DNA of 64,000 bases from Syntrophales bacterium (lineage in GTDB: Bacteria > Desulfobacterota > Syntrophia > Syntrophales > PHBD01), in assembly GCA_963668175.1 (NCBI GenBank), contig OY764159.1, positions 2,976,001 through 3,040,000 of the forward strand. The letters run 5' to 3'. The notes below the pieces were generated by a model, which was given only the letters and a program-made list of their open reading frames with translations, was not told the origin of the DNA and did not search any database. Shown piece after piece: positions 15,314-31,109 of this stretch. Numbering within the stretch: the stretch's first letter is position 1; every line of letters begins with the position of its first letter. A program made the position numbers and the translations under genes.

Positions 15314-16807
15314 TTACTTGGAAACCAGGATGCTCTTTACGGCCAGGCGCCCGAAGATCAGGGCCTTGCCGAAGGCCGTACCCGTCATGTAGGCGGCGCC
15401 GTGGACGCCTCCCACGATCTCTCCCGCCGCGTATACGCCGGGAACGACATCCCCGTAGATGTTGAGGATCTGGGCTTTTTCGTTGGTTCGGATGCCGCCG
15501 TAGGTCCCGAGGATGAAGGCCGTCGAGATCATCGCGTAGTAGGGCGGCTTGTCGATCTTGACCGGCTTGCCGAAGGCGGCCACCAGGGTGTTCCTGCTGA
15601 ACAGGGGGTCCGACCCCTTGTCAACGTTGGCGTTGTATTCATTCACCGTGGCTTCGAGAACCGCCGGGGCGATGCCGATGGCGGAGGCGAGTTCGCCGAT
15701 GGTGTTCGCCTGCTTGATCCGCCCCTTTTTCTCCAGGGATTCCGTTTTTGCCAGCTGGTCCTTGTTGGCCTCGGCGCGGATGGCCGAGTCGTAGATCTGG
15801 TAGCCGACGGCCTCGGGCTGTACCAGGGCCGCATCGCCGACCAGCTTATAGGAGATCGATTCGTTGACGAAGCGCTTGCCCGCCTTGTTCACGACGATCG
15901 CGCCCTTGTAATAGACGAGGGCGAAATCGGCCATCGTCGAGGCCTCCGTATCGAAGCCGAAGGTCGCCTTGATGTAGGGCATGTCGAGGAGGTCCGCGCC
16001 GGACGCCCAGGCCATCTTCAGGCCGTCGCCGTTGCAGCCCAGGCCGACCATGGCCTTGGCCTTCGCCATGGGGGGCACGAACTTCGCCAGGAGCTCCGCG
16101 TTGCGGGAGAAACCGCCGCTCGCCAGGATGACGCCCTTCTTGGCCCCGTAGTAGCTGACCTTTCCGCCCTTCTCCACCGTTACGCCCCGGACCTTACCGG
16201 TCTTCTCGTCGAGTACGAGCTTGGAAGCCGCCCTGTCGAGGAATATTTTGGCGCCTTTCGCCTTCGCCGCATCGCCCAGGACCTTGATGACTTCGCTGGG
16301 AGTCACGTAATGGGAGCGGGGCACGCTCATGCCGCTCGCGATTCCCAGGCCCTTGAATACGACGCCCAGTTCCTTGAGCCATTTGTAGGTATCGAGCTGA
16401 TTATCGATATAGGCCTTGACCAGCGCCGGGTCGTTGACGTTTTCACCGACTTTGAAAAGGTCCTTGCTGAAGAGCTCATTTGAATCCTGAATGTTCTTGG
16501 CGGCCTGCATATCCGTTCCCGCAAACGCCAGCGCCCCGCCGCAGATGAGGCTGCTTCCCCCCATCGCCGGCGTCTTCTCCAGGACGACGACCTTGGCGCC
16601 GCTCGATGCGGCCGCAGTCGCCGCCGAGAGTCCCGCGCCGCCCGCACCGACGATAACGATATCCACGTCCATGTCCCATTTCTTCGGCACCTTGGCGAAG
16701 GCGTCCTTCATGTCGAACGTCGTCAACATGGCCGCCGCACCGGCACCGGCCGTTGCCATCTTAATGAAACTCCTTCTGTTCAACCCTTTCTTTCCTTCAT
16801 TCTCCAT
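15314..16807 (-). CDS. Tat-exported FAD-dependent oxidoreductase (flavocytochrome c flavin subunit family)
   Basis: LNRRSFIK Tat; GAGGAG; GGSSLICGG; GKRFVNE; GVYAAGE; GAGGAGG RBS before ATG 16807. Confidence 0.9.
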   Translation of the reverse strand: MENEGKKGLNRRSFIKMATAGAGAAAMLTTFDMKDAFAKVPKKWDMDVDIVIVGAGGAGLSAATAAASSGAKVVVLEKTPAMGGSSLICGGALAFAGTDMQAAKNIQDSNELFSKDLFKVGENVNDPALVKAYIDNQLDTYKWLKELGVVFKGLGIASGMSVPRSHYVTPSEVIKVLGDAAKAKGAKIFLDRAASKLVLDEKTGKVRGVTVEKGGKVSYYGAKKGVILASGGFSRNAELLAKFVPPMAKAKAMVGLGCNGDGLKMAWASGADLLDMPYIKATFGFDTEASTMADFALVYYKGAIVVNKAGKRFVNESISYKLVGDAALVQPEAVGYQIYDSAIRAEANKDQLAKTESLEKKGRIKQANTIGELASAIGIAPAVLEATVNEYNANVDKGSDPLFSRNTLVAAFGKPVKIDKPPYYAMISTAFILGTYGGIRTNEKAQILNIYGDVVPGVYAAGEIVGGVHGAAYMTGTAFGKALIFGRLAVKSILVSK

Positions 16808-16943
16808 CTGGTATTCCTCCTCGAAATTGCGTGTGATAGTGCTCATACAGTCTAACATTCACTGCTATATAAGATATACTCCTGACTCGCGGGTTCCTTT
16901 TCCTGCTTCGGCAGCATCGCTGCCTCCATGAAGGCTCCATTGA

Positions 16944-16957
16944 ATACAAGATTGTAT
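16944..16957. promoter_or_regulatory. Palindromic operator candidate (GntR-like)
   Basis: ATACAA-GA-TTGTAT upstream of the flavoprotein. Confidence 0.35.
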
Positions 16958-17070
16958 ATACTTTAAGCTGAAGGTTGCACGGCGTCAAGGGAAATTTCCG
17001 AATGACATGAAGTATTTTCTCCCGTTTTGCCTTATCCCGTGGCCTGACCGACTTTCACAAAACACGCCTT

Positions 17071-17112
17071 TAAAAAAAACGAAGGGGCAGGATGCCTGTC
17101 GCCTGCCCCGTT
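17071..17112 (-). terminator. Intrinsic terminator
   Basis: ggggcagg-loop-cctgcccc with a T run on the - strand downstream of the hydrolase. Confidence 0.6.
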
Positions 17113-17180
17113 TCTTCCCGATTCGTCGTACCATTCCGCTCTTCTCCGGCCGGTTTTCCAGCGTTTTACAGGCGGCTCCG

Positions 17181-17990
17181 TCACTTCCGGCAGTTTCCGG
17201 CGAGCCACCGGACGGTCTCCATGTAATCCTTCATGCCCTGGAAAAAGATGTCGTTGTGGTTCGCTCCGGGTATCTTCAGAAGTTTCTTGATCGCCGCGGG
17301 CGATCTTTCGTACAGCGCCTGCCCGTCGGAGTACGGAATGATCTGGTCGTATTCGGCATGGATAACGAGCGTCGGTCCGCCGTAGGCGGCGATCTTGTCG
17401 ATGTTCCGGAACCCCTGCTCCTCGGTCAGGCCGAGCATCTGGAGGTTGACCCCCATGAGTTGCAGGAGCGGCCCTGTGTAGGCGAAACCGCTTTCGATAA
17501 TCAGGCCGCCGATCCTGTCGCGGTAATGGGCGGCCAGTTCCAGCGCCGAGGCGCTTCCCAGGGACCGTCCCATGACGATCAGGGGGCCGGTGAAGCCGTT
17601 CTTCTCCAGCCAGTCGAGGGTATGGGCGAAGATGACATGGCTGTCCCGCATCATGGAGGTGATGGTGGGCATGCCGGTGGAACGGCCGTATCCCCGGTAT
17701 TCGACGGGATAGAAATGAAGGCCCGCTTCGGTAAAGAGCCCGGCGATGTCGTCGTAGTCGGCCACGATCTCGCCGTTGCCGTGGAAAAAGAGGATCGCGG
17801 GTGCGGTTTTATCGGCAGCCCTGTGGAACCGGGAGCCGACGACGATGCCGTTTTCGACGGGGATCAGCATGACGCCGTCGCTGTCCTCGGGGTTGGCGAG
17901 GGCCGTCCATTCGGGACGGGGATAGAAGACGAACCGGGCGATCTCCCAGCGGTCATAATCCGAGTAGTCGATCTTGGAGAGGTCTATCAT
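17181..17990 (-). CDS. Alpha/beta hydrolase (ABHD13/BEM46-like)
   Basis: FFHGNGE, EYRGYGRS, GRSLGS nucleophile elbow, HAEYD, GANHND. Confidence 0.9.
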   Translation of the reverse strand: MIDLSKIDYSDYDRWEIARFVFYPRPEWTALANPEDSDGVMLIPVENGIVVGSRFHRAADKTAPAILFFHGNGEIVADYDDIAGLFTEAGLHFYPVEYRGYGRSTGMPTITSMMRDSHVIFAHTLDWLEKNGFTGPLIVMGRSLGSASALELAAHYRDRIGGLIIESGFAYTGPLLQLMGVNLQMLGLTEEQGFRNIDKIAAYGGPTLVIHAEYDQIIPYSDGQALYERSPAAIKKLLKIPGANHNDIFFQGMKDYMETVRWLAGNCRK

Positions 17991-18045
17991 GACGGGTTAC
18001 CTGTGCTTTCTATGAGATTAGCGGTGTGGGATGCGGGGGAAGGAT

Positions 18046-18462
18046 TCACGCCCAGACGTCGATCATGCTCCCTTTGGGATAAGAAACGTCCCCGAGATTG
18101 GCTACGGAAGTTCCCGCCTGGACGCCGGCCTGGCTGCTGTACTGCTTAAGCGCATATACGGCCGGGACCGAGGCCGCCGCCGCGGACTTGCCGCTCTTCG
18201 CGTTCTCGCCGGCCGTTTGTTTCGCGGGAGGCGGCGGCTTTCCCTGGCCGCTCTCTTCCTGCCGCCCCCGGTCGTCCGCCTTGGCCGAGGACCAGCCGTT
18301 GATGTCGACGACGTCGTCCGGAAGCTGCGGGGGTACCGGCACCAGGACGTTTCCTGTGTCCCGGCCTTTTCCTATGTCAACAGAGCGTTTTTCGTATCCT
18401 TCTCCGATTGCCGGCGTGGAGCCCTGTTCGTATCGGGCCGGCAAGGAGGCTTCGATCTTCAT
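18046..18462 (-). CDS. Hypothetical low-complexity protein
   Basis: Fills the intergenic gap; GGGGA RBS; ends KGSMIDVWA. Confidence 0.5.
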   Translation of the reverse strand: MKIEASLPARYEQGSTPAIGEGYEKRSVDIGKGRDTGNVLVPVPPQLPDDVVDINGWSSAKADDRGRQEESGQGKPPPPAKQTAGENAKSGKSAAAASVPAVYALKQYSSQAGVQAGTSVANLGDVSYPKGSMIDVWA

Positions 18463-18669
18463 ATATCCCCGGCATGGTGAGGCAAACTATATGTCCGATC
18501 ATCGCGATAAACTCCGCACCTTTATCGTAAATTACATGCTAAAATCTCAACTTGTCAACAGATATTTCAGGCTTTTTTCTTCGGAAATCTCTTGACTTTG
18601 AAAGGGCGATTACGATAAACAGCGCAGACGTCTTGAAAGGACGGAAAGCACTATTCGAAAGGAGTTTCC

Positions 18670-20757
<2,088 letters not shown>

Positions 20758-20758
20758 C

Positions 20759-21247
20759 ATGATCCGCGCCGGCGTCATCACGATGAGCGACAAGGGTTCC
20801 CGCGGCGAGCGCGAAGATTTAAGCGGCGCGGAAATCGTGAGGATGCTTGCCGGAGTAGGCATTCAGGCGGAAGCGACGGTCATCGTTCCCGACGAAACGG
20901 AGCGGATCAAAGAGGCGCTCATCGACTTCGCCGATGTCAAGCGCCTCGATCTGATCGTCACGACGGGGGGCACCGGCGTAAGCCCCCGGGACGTGACGCC
21001 CGACGCGACGCTCGCCGTCATCGACCGCGAAGTCCCCGGCATGGCGGAGGCCATGCGCGCCAGGAGCATCGCCGTCACACCCCACGCCATGATCTCCCGG
21101 GCCGTCGTCGGCATCCGGGGCCGCACTCTCATCGTGAACCTGCCGGGCAGCCCCAAGAGCGTCCGGGAAAACCTGGCCGTCATCCTGCCCGCCCTCCCCC
21201 ACGCCATCGAAAAGATCAAGGGCGACGAGACCGAATGCGCCCAATGA
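20759..21247 (+). CDS. mog: Molybdopterin adenylyltransferase MogA/MoaB family
   Basis: ITMSD, TTGGTGVSPRDVTPDAT, EVPGMAE, NLPGSPK. Confidence 0.9.
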   Translation: MIRAGVITMSDKGSRGEREDLSGAEIVRMLAGVGIQAEATVIVPDETERIKEALIDFADVKRLDLIVTTGGTGVSPRDVTPDATLAVIDREVPGMAEAMRARSIAVTPHAMISRAVVGIRGRTLIVNLPGSPKSVRENLAVILPALPHAIEKIKGDETECAQ

Positions 21248-21743
21248 GGCCGCTCCTGGCGTGTTCGCCGTGCGTTCCCGGCCAGTATACGGAGCGGCAG
21301 GCGGGGCATCTGCGGAAGTTCCGCTGGTTCTCGAAGACATAGACGGGAACCAGGCCTTCGGCATCTTCATGCCGCATGGCTTCGAGAGGTTCGTTGCACC
21401 TGAGGCACAGACGGAAGAATCGGTCCGGATCGGCCTTAAGACCGAAGGCGTCGAACACTTCCATCAGCTGATCCTCAAGCTTGTCCGCCCGGACGACGAG
21501 CAGCCGCCCCTGGTATTGCCTCGCCGCCAACGCCCTCACCCGGGTCAGGGCCACCCGTCCTTCCCGCCCGGCCGAGAGCAAAAAGACGCCGTCCGCCCTT
21601 TCCCCATAAAGCGCCGTGTCGTAACCCAGGATGCGCAGCCACTTGGCCAGCCTGCCCACCGTGGCGTCGGCGGCGAATCTTACCTCCGCCTCCGTTTCGT
21701 CACCTTCCGTCCGACCTTTGCGCCCGATGCTGTCTTTCGACAT
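21216..21743 (-). CDS. Mut7-C RNase (PIN-like) domain protein with Zn ribbon
   Basis: FAADATVGRLAKWLRILGYD, CLRCN...CPAC, YWPGTH. Confidence 0.85.
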   Translation of the reverse strand: MSKDSIGRKGRTEGDETEAEVRFAADATVGRLAKWLRILGYDTALYGERADGVFLLSAGREGRVALTRVRALAARQYQGRLLVVRADKLEDQLMEVFDAFGLKADPDRFFRLCLRCNEPLEAMRHEDAEGLVPVYVFENQRNFRRCPACRSVYWPGTHGEHARSGLIGRIRSRRP

Positions 21744-21874
21744 CCTTCGTCCTCCTCTTCTTGATAAAAGATAACGCGTCCGGGGAGCCCCCGCAACGGA
21801 AATCTGTTTTATTAACGGGAACATTATGGTATAACAAAGACCATATAAATGGCAGACGGGAAGGCTACGACCTT

Positions 21875-22753
21875 ATGAAATCGCAACTCCTCTATTTCGC
21901 CTACGGTTCGAACCTCAACGAATCGGACCTGCGGGCATGGTGCCGGGACAACGGCCATCCCTATCCGCTGCTCGAAGTTTTCGCCAACGCATATCTTCCG
22001 GATATGCAGCTCGTCTTCAACTACAACTCCGAAACCAGGGGCGGCGGCGCCCTGAACATAAGACACCAGCTCGGTCACGTCACCCAGGGAACCCTTTTCC
22101 GGGTTTCCGTCGAAGGTCTGGCCGCTCTCGACGAAAAGGAAAACTCGCCCCGGATCTACAAACATCTCGACGTCAGCGCCCTCACGGAGGACGGCGCCGT
22201 TCACGACGCCATCACCTACCAGGTCCATACGGCCATGATCGAAGGAAATTTTGTGCGGCCCACGCCTGAGTACCTGGCTATCCTGAAGGAGGGATTCGCC
22301 GCCCGCGGCCTCAACCCCTGCATGCTCGAAGCCGTCGCCGAAAACGCCGAACCGCCGATGTGCATCGACAAGCTTTTCGTTTACGGGACCCTCATGGAAG
22401 GCGGACCGAGGCACCATATCCTCGAATCCTGGGGAGGATACAATGCAAAGATCCTCGGCAAGGCCCGGGGGACTCTTTACGATTCCGGCCGCGGCTTCCC
22501 GTGTATGGTTCCGGCCGAGGCGGAAGGCCATGTCGTCTACGGAGAGCTCTATCCCCTGGGAAACGTCAGGAAGGCCTTCGAAATGCTCGATATCGTAGAA
22601 GCCGTCAAGCGCTTCGGCGAAAGCGGCTCCTTCTTCCGGCGGGCCATCCTCCGCGTCGAGATGGACGACGGCTCCTCCGATCTGGCCTGGAGCTATCTTT
22701 CGGACATGGACGTCCGGGGCATGGCGAGGATCGAATCGGGCCGATGGCCCTGA
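21875..22753 (+). CDS. Tandem-domain gamma-glutamylcyclotransferase family protein
   Basis: YFAYGSNL...LDEKE and LFVYGTLM...VYGELY...LDIVE...AWSY. Confidence 0.85.
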   Translation: MKSQLLYFAYGSNLNESDLRAWCRDNGHPYPLLEVFANAYLPDMQLVFNYNSETRGGGALNIRHQLGHVTQGTLFRVSVEGLAALDEKENSPRIYKHLDVSALTEDGAVHDAITYQVHTAMIEGNFVRPTPEYLAILKEGFAARGLNPCMLEAVAENAEPPMCIDKLFVYGTLMEGGPRHHILESWGGYNAKILGKARGTLYDSGRGFPCMVPAEAEGHVVYGELYPLGNVRKAFEMLDIVEAVKRFGESGSFFRRAILRVEMDDGSSDLAWSYLSDMDVRGMARIESGRWP

Positions 22754-23034
22754 GACGCTTTGACACCCAGCAGGCTGGCGGCATTTTTGCCTGCGAAAAC
22801 GCTTGAAACACGGGAAATAACGGAACTTGACCCGCACCTGTTCCGTCCCGGCCGGCTTATTCCCCGCCGTCGCGCCACGCCGGTCACTCGCAGAATCAAC
22901 GGAAAGACATACCCGCAGGCATCAGCCTGCGTTGCGGCCCGGCGGAACATCCTTCCGTCGCCGACAGACTATACGGACCGAGCTGAGAACCGGCCCCGGT
23001 CGTTCTATTACTATAAAGGAGGTACAGGCGGTTC

Positions 23035-24720
<1,686 letters not shown>

Positions 24721-24758
24721 AGAGACGTCACGACTTGAAAGGAAGGTAGCGTACGGCC

Positions 24759-25313
24759 ATGACGAGAGACGACGCCCTGGCGTTATTGAAATCCTATGTG
24801 ACGAACGAACGGATGCTGGCCCACAGCCTGGCCTCGGAAGCCGTCCTGCGGGCCCTGGCCCGCAGGCTGGGGCAGGATGAGGAGAAGTGGGGCCTGGCGG
24901 GGCTCCTGCACGACATCGACATCGAGGCGACCGGCGGCGACCTGTCGCGTCACGCCCTCGCGGCGGAACCCATCCTTGCCGCAAAAGGCGTCGATCCGGA
25001 TATCATCGACGCCGTCAAAATGCACAACGAGGAGGCTGCGGGATCGCCGCGGACAACAGTCTTCCAGCATGCCCTGGCGGCGGGAGAGACGGTCACGGGG
25101 CTCATCACGGCCACCGCCATGGTCTATCCCGACAGGAAGGTCGCAAGCGTCAAGGCCAAGTCCGTCACCAAGCGGATGAAAGAGAAGGCCTTCGCCGCTT
25201 CCGTCAAACGGGAGAACATCATGGAGTGCGAGGCCATCGGCCTGCCCCTGGCCGAGTTCGTGGAAATCGCTTTGGCGGCGATGACGGAGATCGGCGATCA
25301 GCTCGGCCTCTAG
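24759..25313 (+). CDS. HDIG-domain metal-dependent hydrolase
   Basis: HSLASEA, WGLAGLLHDID, KRMKEKAFAA. Confidence 0.88.
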   Translation: MTRDDALALLKSYVTNERMLAHSLASEAVLRALARRLGQDEEKWGLAGLLHDIDIEATGGDLSRHALAAEPILAAKGVDPDIIDAVKMHNEEAAGSPRTTVFQHALAAGETVTGLITATAMVYPDRKVASVKAKSVTKRMKEKAFAASVKRENIMECEAIGLPLAEFVEIALAAMTEIGDQLGL

Positions 25314-25331
25314 TCGCGGCCGTTACATTGA

Positions 25332-27961
<2,630 letters not shown>

Positions 27962-27989
27962 TTTGTTCGGATTTCATATATAGAAACAC

Positions 27990-28019
27990 TTGCATTTTCA
28001 AACAATAGTATGCTATAGT
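27990..28019 (+). promoter_or_regulatory. sigma70-like promoter with extended -10
   Basis: TTGCAT-18 nt-TATAGT with TG just upstream of the -10. Confidence 0.45.
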
Positions 28020-28141
28020 AATCTCTCTGTATTGCCTAAGGCCCTTTATATGAATGATATCGGGTCTTACGATCGGACGGCGTTGAAAGATATATGAAGA
28101 CAAGATAGCCTTCAACAGAAAAGAATATGAGGTAAAAGCCT

Positions 28142-29122
28142 ATGGAAAACGATTCTAAGAAAGCAGAGAAGCTCATGAGTGAACTCTCGGCCATTCATGA
28201 GAGGATCGCCGAATTGGAAAAGACAAACTTTGAACGAACTGAAATAGAAAGGGTCCTCCGGGACGACATCACGAAGCGTATGGATCTGGAAAAGCAATGG
28301 AAGAAGAGCGAGTTCATCATCAACAGCGCCAAGGAGCTGATGACGCTGATCAACAGGGATTATGTCTATGAAGCAGTCAACGACTCCTACTGCCGGGCCC
28401 ACGAACGGACCAGGGAAGAGATTATCGGCCGGACCATGGCGGATGTCTGGGGCGAGGAAAAATTCAAGAATATCATTAAGGTCTATTTCGATCAGTGCCT
28501 GGAAGGCAAGGAAGTCCATTACGAAGACTGGTTTGTCTTCCCCCATTCGGGACGCGGCTATTACGACGTGGCTTACTATCCCTTCCGACTGGAGGGCGAT
28601 GCGGTCACCCACGTGGTTGTAACCACTCACGATATTACGGCCCGGAAACTCGCGGAAGACGCCCTGAAGAAGAGCGAAGAGGAGCTGAAGGCCAACGCCC
28701 ACCGCCTCGAGGAGATGAACGACGCCCTGAAGCTTCTCGCGAAACGCCGCGAGGACGACAAGAAGGAATCGGAGACCAAGGTCCTGGCAAACGTCAGGGA
28801 GCTGGTCGTCCCCTATATCACCCGCTTGAAGAACACCGAGATGGATAAGACCCAGACGACCTACGTCGACATCATCGAATCGAACTTGAACGAGATCGTA
28901 TCCCCCCTGCTTCGCACCCTCTCCTCGCAGATGCTGAACTTCACGCCCAAGGAGATCCAGGTGGCCGCCCTCATTCGGGATGGAAAACCCACCAAGGAGA
29001 TCGCCAAGCTGATGCGCGTCTCGAAGGGCGCCATCGACATCCACCGGAACCACATCCGGACGAAGCTTGGGCTCAACAAGAAGAAGGCGAACCTGCGCTC
29101 CTACCTGCTGTCTCTGAAGTAG
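28142..29122 (+). CDS. PAS-domain LuxR-family transcriptional regulator
   Basis: PAS (DIT motifs), coiled coil, FTPKEIQVA...KEIA...HRNHIRTKLG HTH. Confidence 0.9.
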   Translation: MENDSKKAEKLMSELSAIHERIAELEKTNFERTEIERVLRDDITKRMDLEKQWKKSEFIINSAKELMTLINRDYVYEAVNDSYCRAHERTREEIIGRTMADVWGEEKFKNIIKVYFDQCLEGKEVHYEDWFVFPHSGRGYYDVAYYPFRLEGDAVTHVVVTTHDITARKLAEDALKKSEEELKANAHRLEEMNDALKLLAKRREDDKKESETKVLANVRELVVPYITRLKNTEMDKTQTTYVDIIESNLNEIVSPLLRTLSSQMLNFTPKEIQVAALIRDGKPTKEIAKLMRVSKGAIDIHRNHIRTKLGLNKKKANLRSYLLSLK

Positions 29123-29145
29123 CGATTCTTTATGAAAATATGAAT

Positions 29146-29185
29146 AAAAAAGGGGACTTTCGCAAGAAGTCCCCTTTTCCTTTTT
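29146..29185. terminator. Bidirectional intrinsic terminator
   Basis: aaaaaaggggactt-tcgcaag-aagtcccctttt between convergent genes. Confidence 0.85.
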
Positions 29186-29231
29186 ATGATCGTCGCGATG
29201 CGGCGGACCGGCGGTCCATCGCTTATAATCG

Positions 29232-30413
29232 CTATCGGTATTCCTTTATTGTTTCCCGGAAGCCGTCCATGGCGTTGACGATCGTCTTGTCGTCGACGCA
29301 GTAGGCGATGCGGAAATGGCCCGGCCCGCCGAATCCGCTTCCCGGCACGGTGAGGATTCTTCTCTGCTGGAGGGCCCTGACGAAGGCCACGTCGTCGGCA
29401 ATGGGGGTTTTCGGGAAGAGGTAGAAGGCCCCCTTCGGCCTGTCGAACTCGTATCCCATGGAGGCCAGGCCGTCGCACAGGAGGTCGCGCTTTCTCTTGT
29501 ATTCCCCGACGTCCACCGTCACGCCCTGGAGCTTCGCGACGACCCGCTGCATGAGCGCCGGCGCGTTCACGAAGCCCAGGATGCGGTTACACAGGACGAG
29601 GCCGCCCATGACCGTTTCGACATCGTCGATGCCGGGACTGACGGCGGCGTAGCCGATACGCTCGCCCGGCAGGGCCAGGTTTTTCGAATAGGAGGTGCAA
29701 ACCAGGCTGTTCTTGTAAGCGGCCGGAATGCTGGGGACCTTGACGCCGTCGTAGACGATGTCGCTGTAAGGCTCGTCCGAGACGAGATAGATCGTCCGGC
29801 CGAACTCGGCGCTCTTCTTCTCAAGGAGCGCCGCCAGCGCTTTTATCGACGCCTCGTCGTAGACCTTGCCCGTGGGGTTGTTCGGCGTATTGATGAGGAC
29901 GACCTTGGTCTTGTCCGTTATCGCCTGCGCCATGCCGGAAAGATCGAGGGAGAAATCCGCCCGGGAGGGAACGAGGCGCACGGCGCCGCCCGCGTTGTCC
30001 ACGTAGAACCGGTATTCGACGAAGAAAGGCGTCGGGACGACGACCTCGTCGCCGGGATCGAGGAGGGTCTTCAGGATGATGTTCAGGGCCCCGCCGGCGC
30101 CGCAGGTCATGACGACATGCTCCGCCTTCATCGGCACGCCGTGGACGGAGGCCAGATAGGCGGCGACGGCGGCCCGGGTGTCGGGATAGCCCGCATTGGG
30201 CATATACCCGTGCATGCCTTGCGTATCCATTGCGGCGATCTCGCGGATTTTCTCCTTGACCGCAACGGGAGGGGGGACGTTCGGGTTCCCGAGGCTGAAG
30301 TCGTAGACGTTATCCGCCCCGTACTGCTTCGTGAGATTGATGCCTTCCTCGAACATCTTCCTGATCCAGGACGACTGGGAGATGAAACCGTTGATCTTGC
30401 TTGCGATGGCCAT
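29232..30413 (-). CDS. Class I PLP-dependent (aspartate-type) aminotransferase
   Basis: SWIRKMFE, NTPNNPTG, SDEPY, SYSKNLALPGERIG. Confidence 0.93.
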   Translation of the reverse strand: MAIASKINGFISQSSWIRKMFEEGINLTKQYGADNVYDFSLGNPNVPPPVAVKEKIREIAAMDTQGMHGYMPNAGYPDTRAAVAAYLASVHGVPMKAEHVVMTCGAGGALNIILKTLLDPGDEVVVPTPFFVEYRFYVDNAGGAVRLVPSRADFSLDLSGMAQAITDKTKVVLINTPNNPTGKVYDEASIKALAALLEKKSAEFGRTIYLVSDEPYSDIVYDGVKVPSIPAAYKNSLVCTSYSKNLALPGERIGYAAVSPGIDDVETVMGGLVLCNRILGFVNAPALMQRVVAKLQGVTVDVGEYKRKRDLLCDGLASMGYEFDRPKGAFYLFPKTPIADDVAFVRALQQRRILTVPGSGFGGPGHFRIAYCVDDKTIVNAMDGFRETIKEYR

Positions 30414-30600
30414 GGGTGGGCTCCTTCGGGATTTTTTGTCGTGCGGACCCCAGAGTCTTTATTCGACCGGGGACGTCCCTGCCGCAAAATAACGAAAATT
30501 ATCGCGGCCCGCCGCTGTCCGTATCCTCTACTGAAACTTCGTGCCGTTGTCAATCCTTTTGCTTTCAGCCGGCCCGCCGTTTCCCGGCCCCGCCGCGCCC

Positions 30601-30629
30601 TTGACAAAAGATGTGCGGAGGCATAATAT
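30601..30629 (+). promoter_or_regulatory. sigma70-like promoter
   Basis: TTGACA-17 nt-TAATAT upstream of 30656. Confidence 0.45.
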
Positions 30630-30655
30630 AGTCCTAAAAAAGAGGCCCGAACACG

Positions 30656-30913
30656 ATGCCCATCTACGAATATCAATGCAAGAAGTGCTCTCAAGAGTTT
30701 GAAGTCCTCCTTCGCTCCGGCGACAAGGAATCGTCCCTGACCTGTCCCAAGTGCCAATCGAAGAAGATCAAGCGGCTGATGTCGTCCTTTGTCAGTAACG
30801 CCGTCAAGTCCCCCGGGGATTACCTCTCGGATTACGGCGGCGGTGCCGCCTCCTCCGGCGGTTCCGGCTGCGCGTCGTGCACGTCGTCGAACTGCGCCTC
30901 CTGCGGACACTGA
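30656..30913 (+). CDS. FmdB-family zinc ribbon protein
   Basis: MPIYEYQCKKC...CPKC, C-terminal CASC...CASC. Confidence 0.9.
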   Translation: MPIYEYQCKKCSQEFEVLLRSGDKESSLTCPKCQSKKIKRLMSSFVSNAVKSPGDYLSDYGGGAASSGGSGCASCTSSNCASCGH

Positions 30914-31109
30914 ACGGTCCTCGAAACGGATTCGGCGGGGATCGCCACACCCGTTTTCAGCGCCGATATTTTGCCGTAAACAAGCCATAATTAAGATTGA
31001 TAAAAACCTTGCAATCCACTATATAGGTGCACAATTTGGAAGGCCGCCGGAAATGCGACCTCTTTCCCGCGCACTTTCCGAATGCACTATTGTGAAAGGA
31101 GTCTTGCAT

